Notes: generated by a model from the sequence alone, not told the origin. DNA of 64,000 bases from Candidatus Poribacteria bacterium (GCA_965205015.1 OZ242029.1:1568001-1632000), one strand, 5' to 3'. Counted from the first letter of the stretch, positions 42,401 through 51,715 are shown. Translations and numbers: made by a program.

Positions 42401-45400
42401 TGGATTCGATAGTAGGTTGAGATCTGGAACGGGTTATAATCCCCTGTTTCCATTTGTTGCCAACAATTTCAATATCCGCCCATTGTAGTAAACCTTCTAC
42501 GTTACCCGGAGCGTTTTTGCTTAACCAGAATCGGAAGTGTTGCACAAAAACCAGGCTCGGCAGGCGGGAACCTGCGGGTCTGAATTTAGAGAGTGGAATA
42601 CTGAGGAACATCCAACCGTTCGCATTTTTGCTTTTAACCCATTCTTTCGGGATTTCATTCAGTGGTATTGAAACTTCAAAATATGCATTGATCGTGTCTA
42701 GGACCCCATCACCGTTGAGATCTTCACTGTCCAAAATCTGGTTGCCTACACCAATAGATGTTCTTTCAAGCGGACCGTTGAGCCCCCATCCTATGTCCTC
42801 ACCTGTATCGAGGGCTCCATTTCCACGATAGCGATCGACCTCCGAGAGGTTCTCGAGGTCTAAATCCAAGGCATCAATACTTTTGTCTCCATTTATATCT
42901 GTGAGTGTTTCCGGAAGATCTTCGCTATCCAGTCGTTCATCGGCATCTACATCTTCATTCACCACGCCAAGGTTCAGGTGTAGTGTTACATTGTCGTCGC
43001 CTTGAACACGCATCCAAATTTCAACGAAACTGCGTTCCGAATAGTCTACTCCGGATGCGGAGAGTCCATTTGAAAAACCGCCCCATTCGCCGATCACGTC
43101 TGTGAAATTGTAGCCGAGCTCCATGATGAGGCGTTCTTCTGTCGAGAGCGAGAGCGGTTGAATTGACGAAGCCGGCACATCGCGATTCCGCATATAGTTT
43201 CCTATTGCTTCCGTTTCGTTTTTGTCTTTCAACACAACGTTAAAGATCACTCTATTTTCGTCGGTCGGTATGACTCGGTAATCGGAATCCTCAGAGGGGG
43301 TTGACGCATTCTCCGATACGTGTGGGACACTGCTCGGTTTCCAATTGTATTTCAATGTCGGTACGGTCGTTGATTCCTTTGCCCCTTCCATACTATCAAT
43401 GAGCGCGACGCCAATACTATTTGGGTTATTATGTGAATAAGCCGCCTCTCCACTGAAGTCGAGTGAGAGCGGTAGGTTTCTCACATTAATAAAGGGCAAC
43501 AGATTTAAAATACCAGCGACGTTAAATTCTCTCCCAAAACTCGTATTCACGTTGAACGCTTGCAAGCGGTTTGGAACGCTGTTTACATCTGGTATCTCTG
43601 CCGGTTTTTGTCCAGTGTTCAAAATGTATCCCGTTGAGAGCGAAAATCCTTTTTGGAAAACGGGGTTGAAATAGTTCATTGCGCCGCCATAACTCCCGTA
43701 GGATGTTCGCGATCGACCGCCTAAACTGCTGTAGCCGCCATAGCCGCCGCCATAGCCACCAAATCCACCCCCGAATCCACCCCTACCGAAGCCAGAACTG
43801 CGCCCGAAACCCCCAAAACCGCCGCTCCTCCGTTGAAGTCCGCCTGACAAGCCCGTACCGAAGGCATCCGTTCCTTGACCGAGCATATCTCCGTCCATCG
43901 TTTGGAGACCCCCTAACCGATTGAATCTGTCCTCAAGGCTCTGTTCTCTATCGGACTTGGGTTTCTGTTTATGCGTATACTCTAACCAGACGCCGGCGAC
44001 TGTTTGTTGTGATGAACCGCCAAAGGGTGTCTTTTCAAATTCCACAACGATTTCATCGAACTCATCGAGTTGTCTGAAGAATCGGATAGTGCCGACCTCA
44101 TAAAGCATCATATAGTCGGTATCGCGAGTCAAGAGTTGCCCGTTCAAGCGGACCGTCTCGCTGTCTGGGATCACAAACAAGCCTACGTTGTAGGTTTCTG
44201 ATTGATACGCATAGTCCGCAATGATTGTGTAGACTTGGGCATCTGTTCGGACCCCTTCCTGATAGATGGCAGTGTTGTTAAGCGAATCGCGATCATCATA
44301 ATATGGATGGGCTGCGTCTACGATTTGAAACGGATCCGTCGTAGGGAAACGGAGTAAGCCTCTGTCGTAATCTATAAACTGGGCGTCTACAATACCGTCA
44401 CTATTTTGATCCAACCCAAAAATTTGGATGTACGGGACAGAACCCGTGTTTGTCTGGAAGGTTTCGCTCTGTCCTTGTCGAAGAATTAGGAGTGTGAAAT
44501 CACGTGGATTAATGTTGCGGTTGCCAAGGCTATAAACATGCGTTGCCTCTGTACCGCGGAATCCCTTCTCTTTTAGCACGACGTAGCCAATTTCCTCACC
44601 TTCTTCGTCAATCCTTCCGTCTCCGTTTTCGTCAACAAAGACTTCAGATTTCCCGACGCCGCCGCCGGTGTCTCCTAAATATTCATACGAAACGACGATG
44701 GTATAATTTGCAGAAATCGGAGATAGAAATTCTATTTCACCGGTTTCGTAGTCAATATTGTAGTCCTGACCGGAGAATTGGGGATTGAAGTAGCCTCGAC
44801 TCGTTCGGTGACCTCCCTGATTGTTTCCTACGACCCCGTCGTCAATGAAAATTTGCTCACTCCCTGATTTGATAGGGAGATAGGCGTCGTGTAGTTCGCC
44901 GTCTTCACCTTTTTGGATGTGGTAGAACCGATTTTTTACGTAGTTGGTATCCGGTATCTGGATCCCGCGGGGTCCATAACCGTATCCGCCGCCAGCGCGC
45001 CGCGACTGTCCACGGAAAGTCCGCACTTCGCGTATCCCCTTACTTCGAGAACCGAACGCCGTAAGACGTGTGTTTTTCCATTCAAAGACGCCTTCAAGTC
45101 CGAATAGATTCCGATTGATGTTCAGAAAGCGGGTGTTCGGCAAACTGAGTGTGATGTCGCCAAAGGAGAAGGTTTTTATGATACTCTCTGGTGTCCCTTC
45201 GTACCAGATTTTAATCTTCTGTTCCTTTGTGCCGCCGATGCCATATCCGCCGCCATACCCCCCGCCGTATCCGCCATATCCGCCGCCATACCCACCACTG
45301 CCGAAACCACTGCCACCAGCACTGTAGTCAACAGCGATATGCGTCCGTTGCCCCACGCGGCCGTGTAGCCCAAATTGCTGTATTTGACGTAGGTTAAACC

Positions 45401-46259
45401 CGCTTGCGCGTGGGACACCGCCGCTGCCGTATCCACCCCCAAAACCGCCGTAGCTGGAACCGTAGCTGGAGCCATAACTGCCGTAACTACTTCCATATCC
45501 TGACCCGTATCCACCCCCAAAACCGCCGCTGCTATAGCCGAAGTCTTCGTAACCGTAGGACGAAGTGAGTCCCAAGTCGAGTCCTGATGAATAACCCCCA
45601 TATCCCCCGCTATAACCGTAACCACCATACCGATTCAGGTCGCCTTCACCGAAGTAGTGGGTTTTGTTCGCCTCTACGGTTACAGATTGTAAGCCTGTTA
45701 TCCTGAGATTGGAATCCATCGGGAGGGCAATGCCTTTTTCATCACGCTTCGGTCTTGGTTTCCAGTCATAGAGTTTATCGAGATCGGTTAAATGGGGGGG
45801 ATACCGCCATCGTCGAAGACTGTCCAAATAGGGGAGTATGAGGCGATCACTATCGGTTATTGACTCTGGATCTTCAGTAGATTCTGTAGTATCTTCCTGT
45901 GTCCTGTCTGTCTCCCACCATCCCTGGTGACTGCTGACTGCTGACTGCTGGCTGCCATTTTGCCAGATGAAGTGCTTTGATTTGTTATCGGTGTCGAAGG
46001 GGTTACGGGTGAATAACCCAAATTCAATTTGAGAGGTGTCAGTTCGGTTATCAGCGGAGGGGCTATCGGTTTGCTGACTGCTGACTGCTGAGGGCTGGCT
46101 GCTATTTTGGCGTTCAGGTTCTTCTTCGGCAATACGACTGACGACAACTTCAGACGTTGAACAGAGGGCAATGATAAGGATGATCCCAGTTTTTAACAGC
46201 AGGTTTTGCTTATTTTTTAAGGTTAACTGGTTTGCCAATTGCGACAAAGGATTCTGCAC
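39417..46259 (-). CDS. sprA: SprA/Sov-like outer-membrane translocon (type IX secretion-like), 2280 aa
   Basis: Size; KIKIWYEG..., GDITLSLP, LFGL, LIDSMEG, FVEIWM, LNLGVVNED...LDSEDL, EIWVNEIHL; beta-strand-rich C-terminus. Confidence 0.75.
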   Translation of the reverse strand: MQNPLSQLANQLTLKNKQNLLLKTGIILIIALCSTSEVVVSRIAEEEPERQNSSQPSAVSSQQTDSPSADNRTDTSQIEFGLFTRNPFDTDNKSKHFIWQNGSQQSAVSSHQGWWETDRTQEDTTESTEDPESITDSDRLILPYLDSLRRWRYPPHLTDLDKLYDWKPRPKRDEKGIALPMDSNLRITGLQSVTVEANKTHYFGEGDLNRYGGYGYSGGYGGYSSGLDLGLTSSYGYEDFGYSSGGFGGGYGSGYGSSYGSYGSSYGSSYGGFGGGYGSGGVPRASGFNLRQIQQFGLHGRVGQRTHIAVDYSAGGSGFGSGGYGGGYGGYGGGYGGGYGIGGTKEQKIKIWYEGTPESIIKTFSFGDITLSLPNTRFLNINRNLFGLEGVFEWKNTRLTAFGSRSKGIREVRTFRGQSRRAGGGYGYGPRGIQIPDTNYVKNRFYHIQKGEDGELHDAYLPIKSGSEQIFIDDGVVGNNQGGHRTSRGYFNPQFSGQDYNIDYETGEIEFLSPISANYTIVVSYEYLGDTGGGVGKSEVFVDENGDGRIDEEGEEIGYVVLKEKGFRGTEATHVYSLGNRNINPRDFTLLILRQGQSETFQTNTGSVPYIQIFGLDQNSDGIVDAQFIDYDRGLLRFPTTDPFQIVDAAHPYYDDRDSLNNTAIYQEGVRTDAQVYTIIADYAYQSETYNVGLFVIPDSETVRLNGQLLTRDTDYMMLYEVGTIRFFRQLDEFDEIVVEFEKTPFGGSSQQTVAGVWLEYTHKQKPKSDREQSLEDRFNRLGGLQTMDGDMLGQGTDAFGTGLSGGLQRRSGGFGGFGRSSGFGRGGFGGGFGGYGGGYGGYSSLGGRSRTSYGSYGGAMNYFNPVFQKGFSLSTGYILNTGQKPAEIPDVNSVPNRLQAFNVNTSFGREFNVAGILNLLPFINVRNLPLSLDFSGEAAYSHNNPNSIGVALIDSMEGAKESTTVPTLKYNWKPSSVPHVSENASTPSEDSDYRVIPTDENRVIFNVVLKDKNETEAIGNYMRNRDVPASSIQPLSLSTEERLIMELGYNFTDVIGEWGGFSNGLSASGVDYSERSFVEIWMRVQGDDNVTLHLNLGVVNEDVDADERLDSEDLPETLTDINGDKSIDALDLDLENLSEVDRYRGNGALDTGEDIGWGLNGPLERTSIGVGNQILDSEDLNGDGVLDTINAYFEVSIPLNEIPKEWVKSKNANGWMFLSIPLSKFRPAGSRLPSLVFVQHFRFWLSKNAPGNVEGLLQWADIEIVGNKWKQGIITRSRSQPTIESITNNPALASTGETLSTSTIVEDTLEKFIVGTRDNFSYDAYQSAYLDIEDNELFKKLHPFTATALGFQTQQQREQTLSLEYYLFPGSYGVTSKQLKGLTQSEGQDFSKHDTLRFWLYGDKSDTTFVLQLAPTVRTGYRSSFYSSDPFVNQTEQETDINVFENLTDYYEYTVPIDFEGWKLIEIDLRDLGGNDYPDVDSDPLNSSQQSAVSSQQEPSVVETIPTPLPTESTEDAPDGQPDGFTIRGTNSTRLSIKNIGGILLGIRNDTGREISGEIWVNEIHLGDPLVRAGWARRGNMAVSLGRIVKLRGGYASQDKDFESSAGEVGRQRLSSRGYSTTNNDFNIDADVTLFPWLPIRYGIRHQDTETESQRGSYSSFQSGKSEIRTRDISVQFIQNPYPNLGFAYNYQDFWNERQGTQISHLYTGSFRYELGSKLGVNAQYRHEDLLAKPETATETSSGTSTSFYSYGYGRNRDEKTDSGTITFNISPTSIFSLNPSYDVSRTLERREDPNTNTPLPGTAPETVESEEETPAEDIKWSIAEREHRLSLTPRLNRDLLGMRPTVTSRMSFRENWFREQKNASLNGNVSFGVNLRVQKWFGWFLKEGNGSMEEGKDGAPNLPTSEPSTQESSTLPTGSKAELAPTTDDYTEQLRENGIDETQIQELEENRGDWIERDKAAISNQPSVSVSDQQEGRGSRETSLLTAESEAQRSDLTAARSEGILHRILKSFTVNTNANFTATESYRQLASGLSMLEIYSLAEDAKERTNSRRSNRYTVRGSVDPWNWASFGTNVSTSDSFRKSSGTTYIQNTNAYEADVKLKARETSSFQLRYSYTTRNNGTLDDTLGDSKAHTPSLSWMQTWGKETRTALGIRATMRDQLRSGIRGNALIITPNLSVDYRYHTENGIRVPFFGRIPLKHDLELTNTLSWAIRRELYGANREERSERYETTLRVGYKVSTHITANFHLGLSYNHDRVEEGRDFLSIATALTVRGEIQ

Positions 46260-46404
46260 GTATATTCCTGATTTTTCGTATTTTAAGAGGTGTCGGTTAT
46301 CAGTGGTTAATTGTCGGTTCCAAGAGGGTGTTGTTAAACAAAAGCCTCTTAACCGAAGATCAATAGTTATTTGAACTTGAATCTTGAATGCAAACGAAAA
46401 ATTG

Positions 46405-46434
46405 AGCCTGTATGTTTACATACAGGCTTTATTT
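46405..46434. terminator. Possible bidirectional intrinsic terminator
   Basis: AGCCTGTATG-TTTA-CATACAGGCT hairpin with A/T tracts on both sides. Confidence 0.5.
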
Positions 46435-46508
46435 AATTTACCCGCCAATACTCTCTACTTTAGTCGGATGGCCTTATAACCCTGACTTATTAAAAACTAT
46501 GAAGAACG

Positions 46509-47273
46509 CTATCTTTCTTTAAGGTGTCCCCACGTCACAGTTAATTTCCCCACTGCTTCCACGGCTTGGAATTGTTTCGTGAGACTTTCCATCACATCGG
46601 CAAGTTCATCTTCGTCGAGTGCTGTATTGTAGACAGCGACCTCATCAATGATACCTTTCAACGGTCCGTTTCTGCCATCGGGTCCTTGTGCGCCGATAAT
46701 CAAAGGCGCGTTACTCGTTGCGGGTTTGCCAGCGGCACCCCGCGGATTAAATTGCTCGCCGTCAACATAGGGAATGAGATGCTTCTCGTTATATACACCC
46801 GCAACGAAATGCCACTGATTATCGGTGACGACTTTACTGCCTACCTGTAGGTCTTGTGCACCGCCAGGAAGCGTAAACCCAAACGTCATCACGCCGGGAC
46901 GAATCCACATCGTATAGTTTCGATTTGGCCACGCCTCTTTACCAAGGATCACTTGGTACGGTTCGACAATCTTAGGCACTTTTATCCAGGCTGTCATTGT
47001 CCATTGTCTGAGGTTCATCACATCTTCATGCGGCACAAGAACGTGCCCACCATCAAATTCGAGTGCTGACTTAAATTTTCCGTCAACCCACGCCACTTCG
47101 CCGACAATTTCGCCGTGGCGTCCGTTCCCGGATACATCTTTGACGGTATTGCCGTTGCCTTCATCGAAGAGCCATACACCTATCGCTTCAGCGGTGGCAC
47201 TTTTAAGTTCACCAGCAGTGCCGAAATACCAAAAAATGCTTACTGAAAGCATCAGACCTGTTAGCGTTTTCAT
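46509..47273 (-). CDS. Secreted LamG-like (concanavalin A-like) protein with C-terminal AVEAVGKLTVTWGHLK motif
   Basis: Signal peptide; WLFDEGNG, ALEFDG, WHFVAGVY, IIDEVAVYN. Confidence 0.88.
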   Translation of the reverse strand: MKTLTGLMLSVSIFWYFGTAGELKSATAEAIGVWLFDEGNGNTVKDVSGNGRHGEIVGEVAWVDGKFKSALEFDGGHVLVPHEDVMNLRQWTMTAWIKVPKIVEPYQVILGKEAWPNRNYTMWIRPGVMTFGFTLPGGAQDLQVGSKVVTDNQWHFVAGVYNEKHLIPYVDGEQFNPRGAAGKPATSNAPLIIGAQGPDGRNGPLKGIIDEVAVYNTALDEDELADVMESLTKQFQAVEAVGKLTVTWGHLKER

Positions 47274-47524
47274 CCTGATCTCCTCCTACGGTTGTTTGTT
47301 GATTTCTCTTATTTTAGCAGATTCAGAGCGAAGCTGCACATCTTTTTTCTATTGACAGCTTTGACACCGTTAAGGTAAGATGATGGATATTTCAAACAAT
47401 GGAGATTTTTTCATTTTCCCTTGTGGGGAACGACGCGATGAGAACTTTGAAGGTTTTGCGCTGCAGTCGCATGCACCGTTGTTGCATGCTTTCAATTCAT
47501 TTTAATTTTTCAGAGGAGGTTATT

Positions 47525-48346
47525 GTGCGAAAACTGTTGATTCTCGGGATAGTTTGTTTAATCGCTGTCCCCGTGATATTTGCGCCTGTGAGCGATGCGG
47601 CGATAGATGAAAAAAGCATCGTTGGCGTATGGCTCTTTGATGAGGTCAGTAACAAAGGCATTTCTCCTGATTCTACGGAAAACGGCAATGACGCTGAATT
47701 GTTGAAAGGTGCCGAATTGGCAGATGATGGGAAATTCGATAAGGCATTGAGTCTTTCTGGGGACAACAAATTCCAAGTCGCGGTGGTCGAGACTTCAAAG
47801 AGTTTGGATAGTTGTGCTGAGACCTATACCGCGACGACATGGGTGAAACTCAAGAAAAAAGAGAAAGTCGTCTTGGGTGGCTGCTGTAACGACGATCATG
47901 CCATCATTAATTTCAAATATACGTGTCTGCTGAACATCTTTGGACCTGGACGTGGTGGCGGTCACGGTAAGGTTGAAATCGGTAGTGGACAGCTCGCACC
48001 GGCATGGGTTGCGGGGCCAACGCTCGTCAACGATGATAAATGGCATCACATCGCTTTCACTTATGATGGAAAGAAGATGATCGCCTATGTAGATGGCAAG
48101 GTAGATGCACAAGCCAATACGGGTGGTGTTTTTGGATTGACGGGGCAGTCCCTTCAGATTGGGGGTATGGTGGATCAACGACCTGGGTGGGGTCTCATGG
48201 ACGATGTTGCTGTCTTCAACACGGCGTTAAGTGAAGCCGATATCAATGACATCATGAACAAAGGGCTTGGTAAACTCTTTGGGTTTACGCCTGTATCACC
48301 AGAAGGTCGTTTGACGACGGTGTGGGCGCGCGTCAAAAAAGACTAA
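47525..48346 (+). CDS. Secreted LamG-like protein with C-terminal PVSPEGRLTTVWARVK motif
   Basis: GGAGG RBS then GTG; WLFDE, WHHIAFTYDG, MDDVAVFN. Confidence 0.88.
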   Translation: MRKLLILGIVCLIAVPVIFAPVSDAAIDEKSIVGVWLFDEVSNKGISPDSTENGNDAELLKGAELADDGKFDKALSLSGDNKFQVAVVETSKSLDSCAETYTATTWVKLKKKEKVVLGGCCNDDHAIINFKYTCLLNIFGPGRGGGHGKVEIGSGQLAPAWVAGPTLVNDDKWHHIAFTYDGKKMIAYVDGKVDAQANTGGVFGLTGQSLQIGGMVDQRPGWGLMDDVAVFNTALSEADINDIMNKGLGKLFGFTPVSPEGRLTTVWARVKKD

Positions 48347-48369
48347 TTAAAAAACTGTGGACCAAAGTG

Positions 48370-48480
48370 CGTAGCTCGTAATGAAATGGGGAAGGGAAGG
48401 AGGGAAGGAGGGGTGCCCCCCAATCTTCCAATCTTCCATCCCTGCAACCTTCCTGTGTAACCGCAAGGAATAATTAAAAG
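48370..48480 (+). repeat. Family L leader repeat with a nested family O module
   Basis: GTAGCTCGTAATGAAATGG...(GGAAGG/CTTCCA)...CCGCAAGGAATAATTAAAAG-ATG. Confidence 0.8.
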
Positions 48481-49521
48481 ATGCCAAAAAAATATCGGAG
48501 TGCGATCATTGGTTGTGGGGGTAGAGCTTACGGTCATGCGAATGCCTATCAACACGTTTCGGGTGCCGAGTTAGTCGCGTGCGCCAACCGCTCGGATGTC
48601 GCTCGACGTGAAAAATTCGCTGAGACCTTCAGTATCACCGGCTATGCGGATGCCGAACAGATGCTCCGCGTAGAGCAGCCTGATTTGGTTCACCTCGTCG
48701 CAATGCCTGACCAGTGGCGCGAGCTGATACCGATGGTATCGGAATGGGGCGTTCCGGCGTGCCTCGTTGAAAAACCGATTGCCTGTGGGGTTGAGGATTG
48801 GCGTTTTCTATGTGAGTTGGAAGCGCGGACCGCTACGAAATTCGGCGTTGGCAAACAGTACCGGTGGCATCCGGATCTCGCCAATTGCCGAAAGGCGGTG
48901 GAGAGCGGTGAACTGGGAAGGATTCGTCTTTTAGATTTTTCGTGTGGTATGAACCTCACCGCCCAAGGCACGCATATCATTGATTGGGCGATGTCCCTGA
49001 ACAACGATTCGCCGATTGTCAGAGTTTTCGGTGCTGTGAGCGGTGCCGAGTCGCTTGATAGCGACTATCCTGCTCCCGATACATCGTCGTGTCAGGTTGT
49101 GTTTGAAAACGGGGTCCACGGATTCTGGAACACCGGCTTTACCTCCCCACGCGTCATGGACGACGATGCTATCTACAAGCACTGTCGCGTTGCCGTCCAC
49201 GGTGAGAACGGACACGTGCTTTTTGAGGAATTCAATAGGTGGGAGATTGGCACTGCTCGGTTAACTCAGAACGGTGTGCAAACTCCCGATTCTTGGCGCG
49301 CAAAAAACGACCGCGCGCAAGCCAATCTGACGCAGGCGATGTTCGACTGGATTGAAGACGATACCCGTCCGGTTGAAACACATCTAAAGCTCGCGTTGCA
49401 CCAGTTCAATGCAATTTTGGGCATCTATGCGAGTGCGATTTCTCACAAGCCGATTGACCTGCCCTTTGATCCACCCGCAGATTTGGATTCACGGCTTCGC
49501 GAAGTCTTGGAATATTCTTGA
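48481..49521 (+). CDS. Gfo/Idh/MocA family oxidoreductase
   Basis: AIIGCGGRA, VEKP, GELGRI, GTHIID. Confidence 0.9.
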   Translation: MPKKYRSAIIGCGGRAYGHANAYQHVSGAELVACANRSDVARREKFAETFSITGYADAEQMLRVEQPDLVHLVAMPDQWRELIPMVSEWGVPACLVEKPIACGVEDWRFLCELEARTATKFGVGKQYRWHPDLANCRKAVESGELGRIRLLDFSCGMNLTAQGTHIIDWAMSLNNDSPIVRVFGAVSGAESLDSDYPAPDTSSCQVVFENGVHGFWNTGFTSPRVMDDDAIYKHCRVAVHGENGHVLFEEFNRWEIGTARLTQNGVQTPDSWRAKNDRAQANLTQAMFDWIEDDTRPVETHLKLALHQFNAILGIYASAISHKPIDLPFDPPADLDSRLREVLEYS

Positions 49522-49540
49522 CCGCATGCCATTCAAAAAT

Positions 49541-49569
49541 TTGACAAATTCTTCGTTTTATGCTATACT
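49541..49569 (+). promoter_or_regulatory. sigma70 promoter
   Basis: TTGACA-N17-TATACT with extended TG. Confidence 0.75.
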
Positions 49570-49627
49570 ATTAACGATTTCATTTGCAAGCCTGCCTTAG
49601 GAAAAGCACAGGAATTTCTGCCTCGTA

Positions 49628-50377
49628 GTGAGCGTTAGGAGTGCTATTTTGTCTGTTGTAAATACGGCGTTTTCAGAGTCGGACATCCATATCGCACCAT
49701 CTGTGATGTGTGCGGATCTCTGCAACTTGGAAGCTGATATTCGGGAATTGGAAACGGCTGGTATTAACATGCTACATTTTGACTTAATGGACGCGCATTT
49801 TGTCCCGAATATGCCGATCGGACTTGCACTTATTCAACAATTACGCGCAAAGACAGACGCTGCTTTTGACATTCACCTTATGGTAGAAAACAACGATTTC
49901 TTTGTCGATGCGGTCGCTGAGATAGGTGTTCAGCAGATTGCCGTTCACGTTGAGTCAGCAACGCATCTTGATAGAACGTTATCTCTGATTCAAGCACATG
50001 GGATCAAGGCGGGGGTAGCTCTCAACCCAGCAACACCGCTTTCTGCATTGGCTTACGTCCTGGAACGGCTTGACTTTGTACTGATTATGACGGTGAATCC
50101 GGGGTTTGCAGGACAGAAGTTGGTCCCGGCAACCCTCCGAAAGATCGCGGAATGTCGTGCTTTCTTGAACGAGCGCGGTGTCGATTTATCTATTGAGGTC
50201 GATGGCAACGTGAGTTTTGAGAATATCCCCAAAATGGTATCTGCGGGTGCAGATATCTTGGTCGGCGGAACCAGTAGCGTTTTTCAAAAATCGGGTTCAC
50301 GGCTTGAGAACGTTCAGCAGGCACAGAAAGCGATTGCACTCGGACTCGCAGAACGGAAAGACGGGGCGCAAGTATAG
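49628..50377 (+). CDS. rpe: Ribulose-phosphate 3-epimerase family (possibly AlsE-like)
   Basis: IAPSVMCAD, HFDLMDAHFVPN, DIHLMV, MTVNPGFAGQ, EVDG; start may be TTG at 49649. Confidence 0.85.
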   Translation: MSVRSAILSVVNTAFSESDIHIAPSVMCADLCNLEADIRELETAGINMLHFDLMDAHFVPNMPIGLALIQQLRAKTDAAFDIHLMVENNDFFVDAVAEIGVQQIAVHVESATHLDRTLSLIQAHGIKAGVALNPATPLSALAYVLERLDFVLIMTVNPGFAGQKLVPATLRKIAECRAFLNERGVDLSIEVDGNVSFENIPKMVSAGADILVGGTSSVFQKSGSRLENVQQAQKAIALGLAERKDGAQV

Positions 50378-50415
50378 GTACACCCTATGCGCAGGTTTTT
50401 GATGCTACCAAGATA

Positions 50416-50532
50416 GGAGCCTGCAACAATACGCAGAAACACCCAAGCAAAAACATGCAGGCGATTTTACGGAGAGGCACGTGAAGGTCTCTAACCGACT
50501 TGACCGACCCGCAAGGTAAAATAAGAAAAAGA
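50416..50532 (+). repeat. Family L leader repeat
   Basis: GCCTGCAACAATACGCAGAAACACCCAAGCAAAAACATGCAGGC...CCGCAAGGTAAAATAAGAAAAAGA-ATG. Confidence 0.8.
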
Positions 50533-51582
50533 ATGGAAGCACTTGTCCTTCATGGAATTGGAGATTTACGATTAGAACAAATCCCAGTACCGCAGCTCGC
50601 TGAAGGGGAGGTGCGTGTCCGAATTGGGTTCTGTGGGGTTTGTGGTTCCGATATTCCGAGAATTTTTGTCAAAGGCACCTATAGTTTTCCAACGGTCTGT
50701 GGGCACGAATTCGCTGGTGTTGTTGATGCATGCGGTCCTGGGGTTGAGGATTTCGCGCCAGGAGATCCTGTCGTCGTCTTTCCATTGCTCTGGTGTGGCA
50801 GTTGTCCGGCGTGTGAACAGGGGAAATATGTCCAGTGCCACGATTATGACTATCTCGGTTCACGAAGCGATGGTGCCTTCTCTGAATTTGTCGTCGCACC
50901 GAGGACGAATTTGATACCTGTGCCGCGCGGCGTAACGTTGGAAGACGCATCAATGACAGAACCTGCCGCAGTCGCACTGCACGCCCTCTGTCGTGTTCAA
51001 ACCCCGCTCGTTGGAAAGATAGTCGCTATCTTCGGGGCTGGACCGATCGGGTTAATGGTAGCGCAATGGGCGAAAATCATGGGCGCAGCAGAGGTATTTC
51101 TCTTTGATATTGTTGCAGAGAAACTGGAATTGGCGAAGCGACTCGGTTTCGATAAAGTCTTCAATAGCACAACTGAAGGGTCTCCGATTGAGGTCGTGAA
51201 TGCACAGACTGATGAAAAGGGGGCACATGTTTGTGTTGAGGCAGCCGGAGTGCCTGTTACCTATCGGGATGCCTTGGGAAGTGTTGGACGCGGAGGAAGT
51301 GTCGTTTTACTCGGAAACCCTGCTGCAGATGTAACGCTGCCGGCGTCTCTTATCTCGCAATTGATGCGGCGTGAAGTGTCTATCTTCGGAACTTGGAATT
51401 CCGATTATAGTGCCGCAGGTAATGACGATGACTGGCGTACTGTGCTCCAAGCGATTGCCTCTGGCATGCTAATGCTTACGCCCCTAATAACGCACAAAGT
51501 TCCATTGGTTGAGGGTGCTGACATGTTACATAAAATGCGAGATAAAAGTGAGTTTTACGCGAAAGTTTTGATTCATCCGTAA
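50533..51582 (+). CDS. Zn-dependent sugar-alcohol(-phosphate) dehydrogenase (GatD-like)
   Basis: CGVCGSD, GHEFAG, CGSCPAC...C, GAGPIG. Confidence 0.88.
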   Translation: MEALVLHGIGDLRLEQIPVPQLAEGEVRVRIGFCGVCGSDIPRIFVKGTYSFPTVCGHEFAGVVDACGPGVEDFAPGDPVVVFPLLWCGSCPACEQGKYVQCHDYDYLGSRSDGAFSEFVVAPRTNLIPVPRGVTLEDASMTEPAAVALHALCRVQTPLVGKIVAIFGAGPIGLMVAQWAKIMGAAEVFLFDIVAEKLELAKRLGFDKVFNSTTEGSPIEVVNAQTDEKGAHVCVEAAGVPVTYRDALGSVGRGGSVVLLGNPAADVTLPASLISQLMRREVSIFGTWNSDYSAAGNDDDWRTVLQAIASGMLMLTPLITHKVPLVEGADMLHKMRDKSEFYAKVLIHP

Positions 51583-51625
51583 GGAAAGACGAAAAACAGC
51601 GCCCCTATTTCTCTATAACCAAAAC

Positions 51626-51715
51626 CCGTAGCCCGTAATGTAATGGAGGGCGGCGTTAAGAAAGGCACGTCGAAGTTGAAACCCGTGTCGTTTAACCGCA
51701 AGGAAAATTAAAAAT
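51626..51715 (+). repeat. Family L leader repeat
   Basis: CCGTAGCCCGTAATGTAATGGAGGG...CCGCAAGGAAAATTAAAAAT-ATG. Confidence 0.8.

Noticed and set aside
45070-45628. Pro/Tyr-rich or Ala/Val-rich ORFs overlapping sprA
   Set aside because: Alternative-frame readouts of the Gly/Tyr low-complexity tracts
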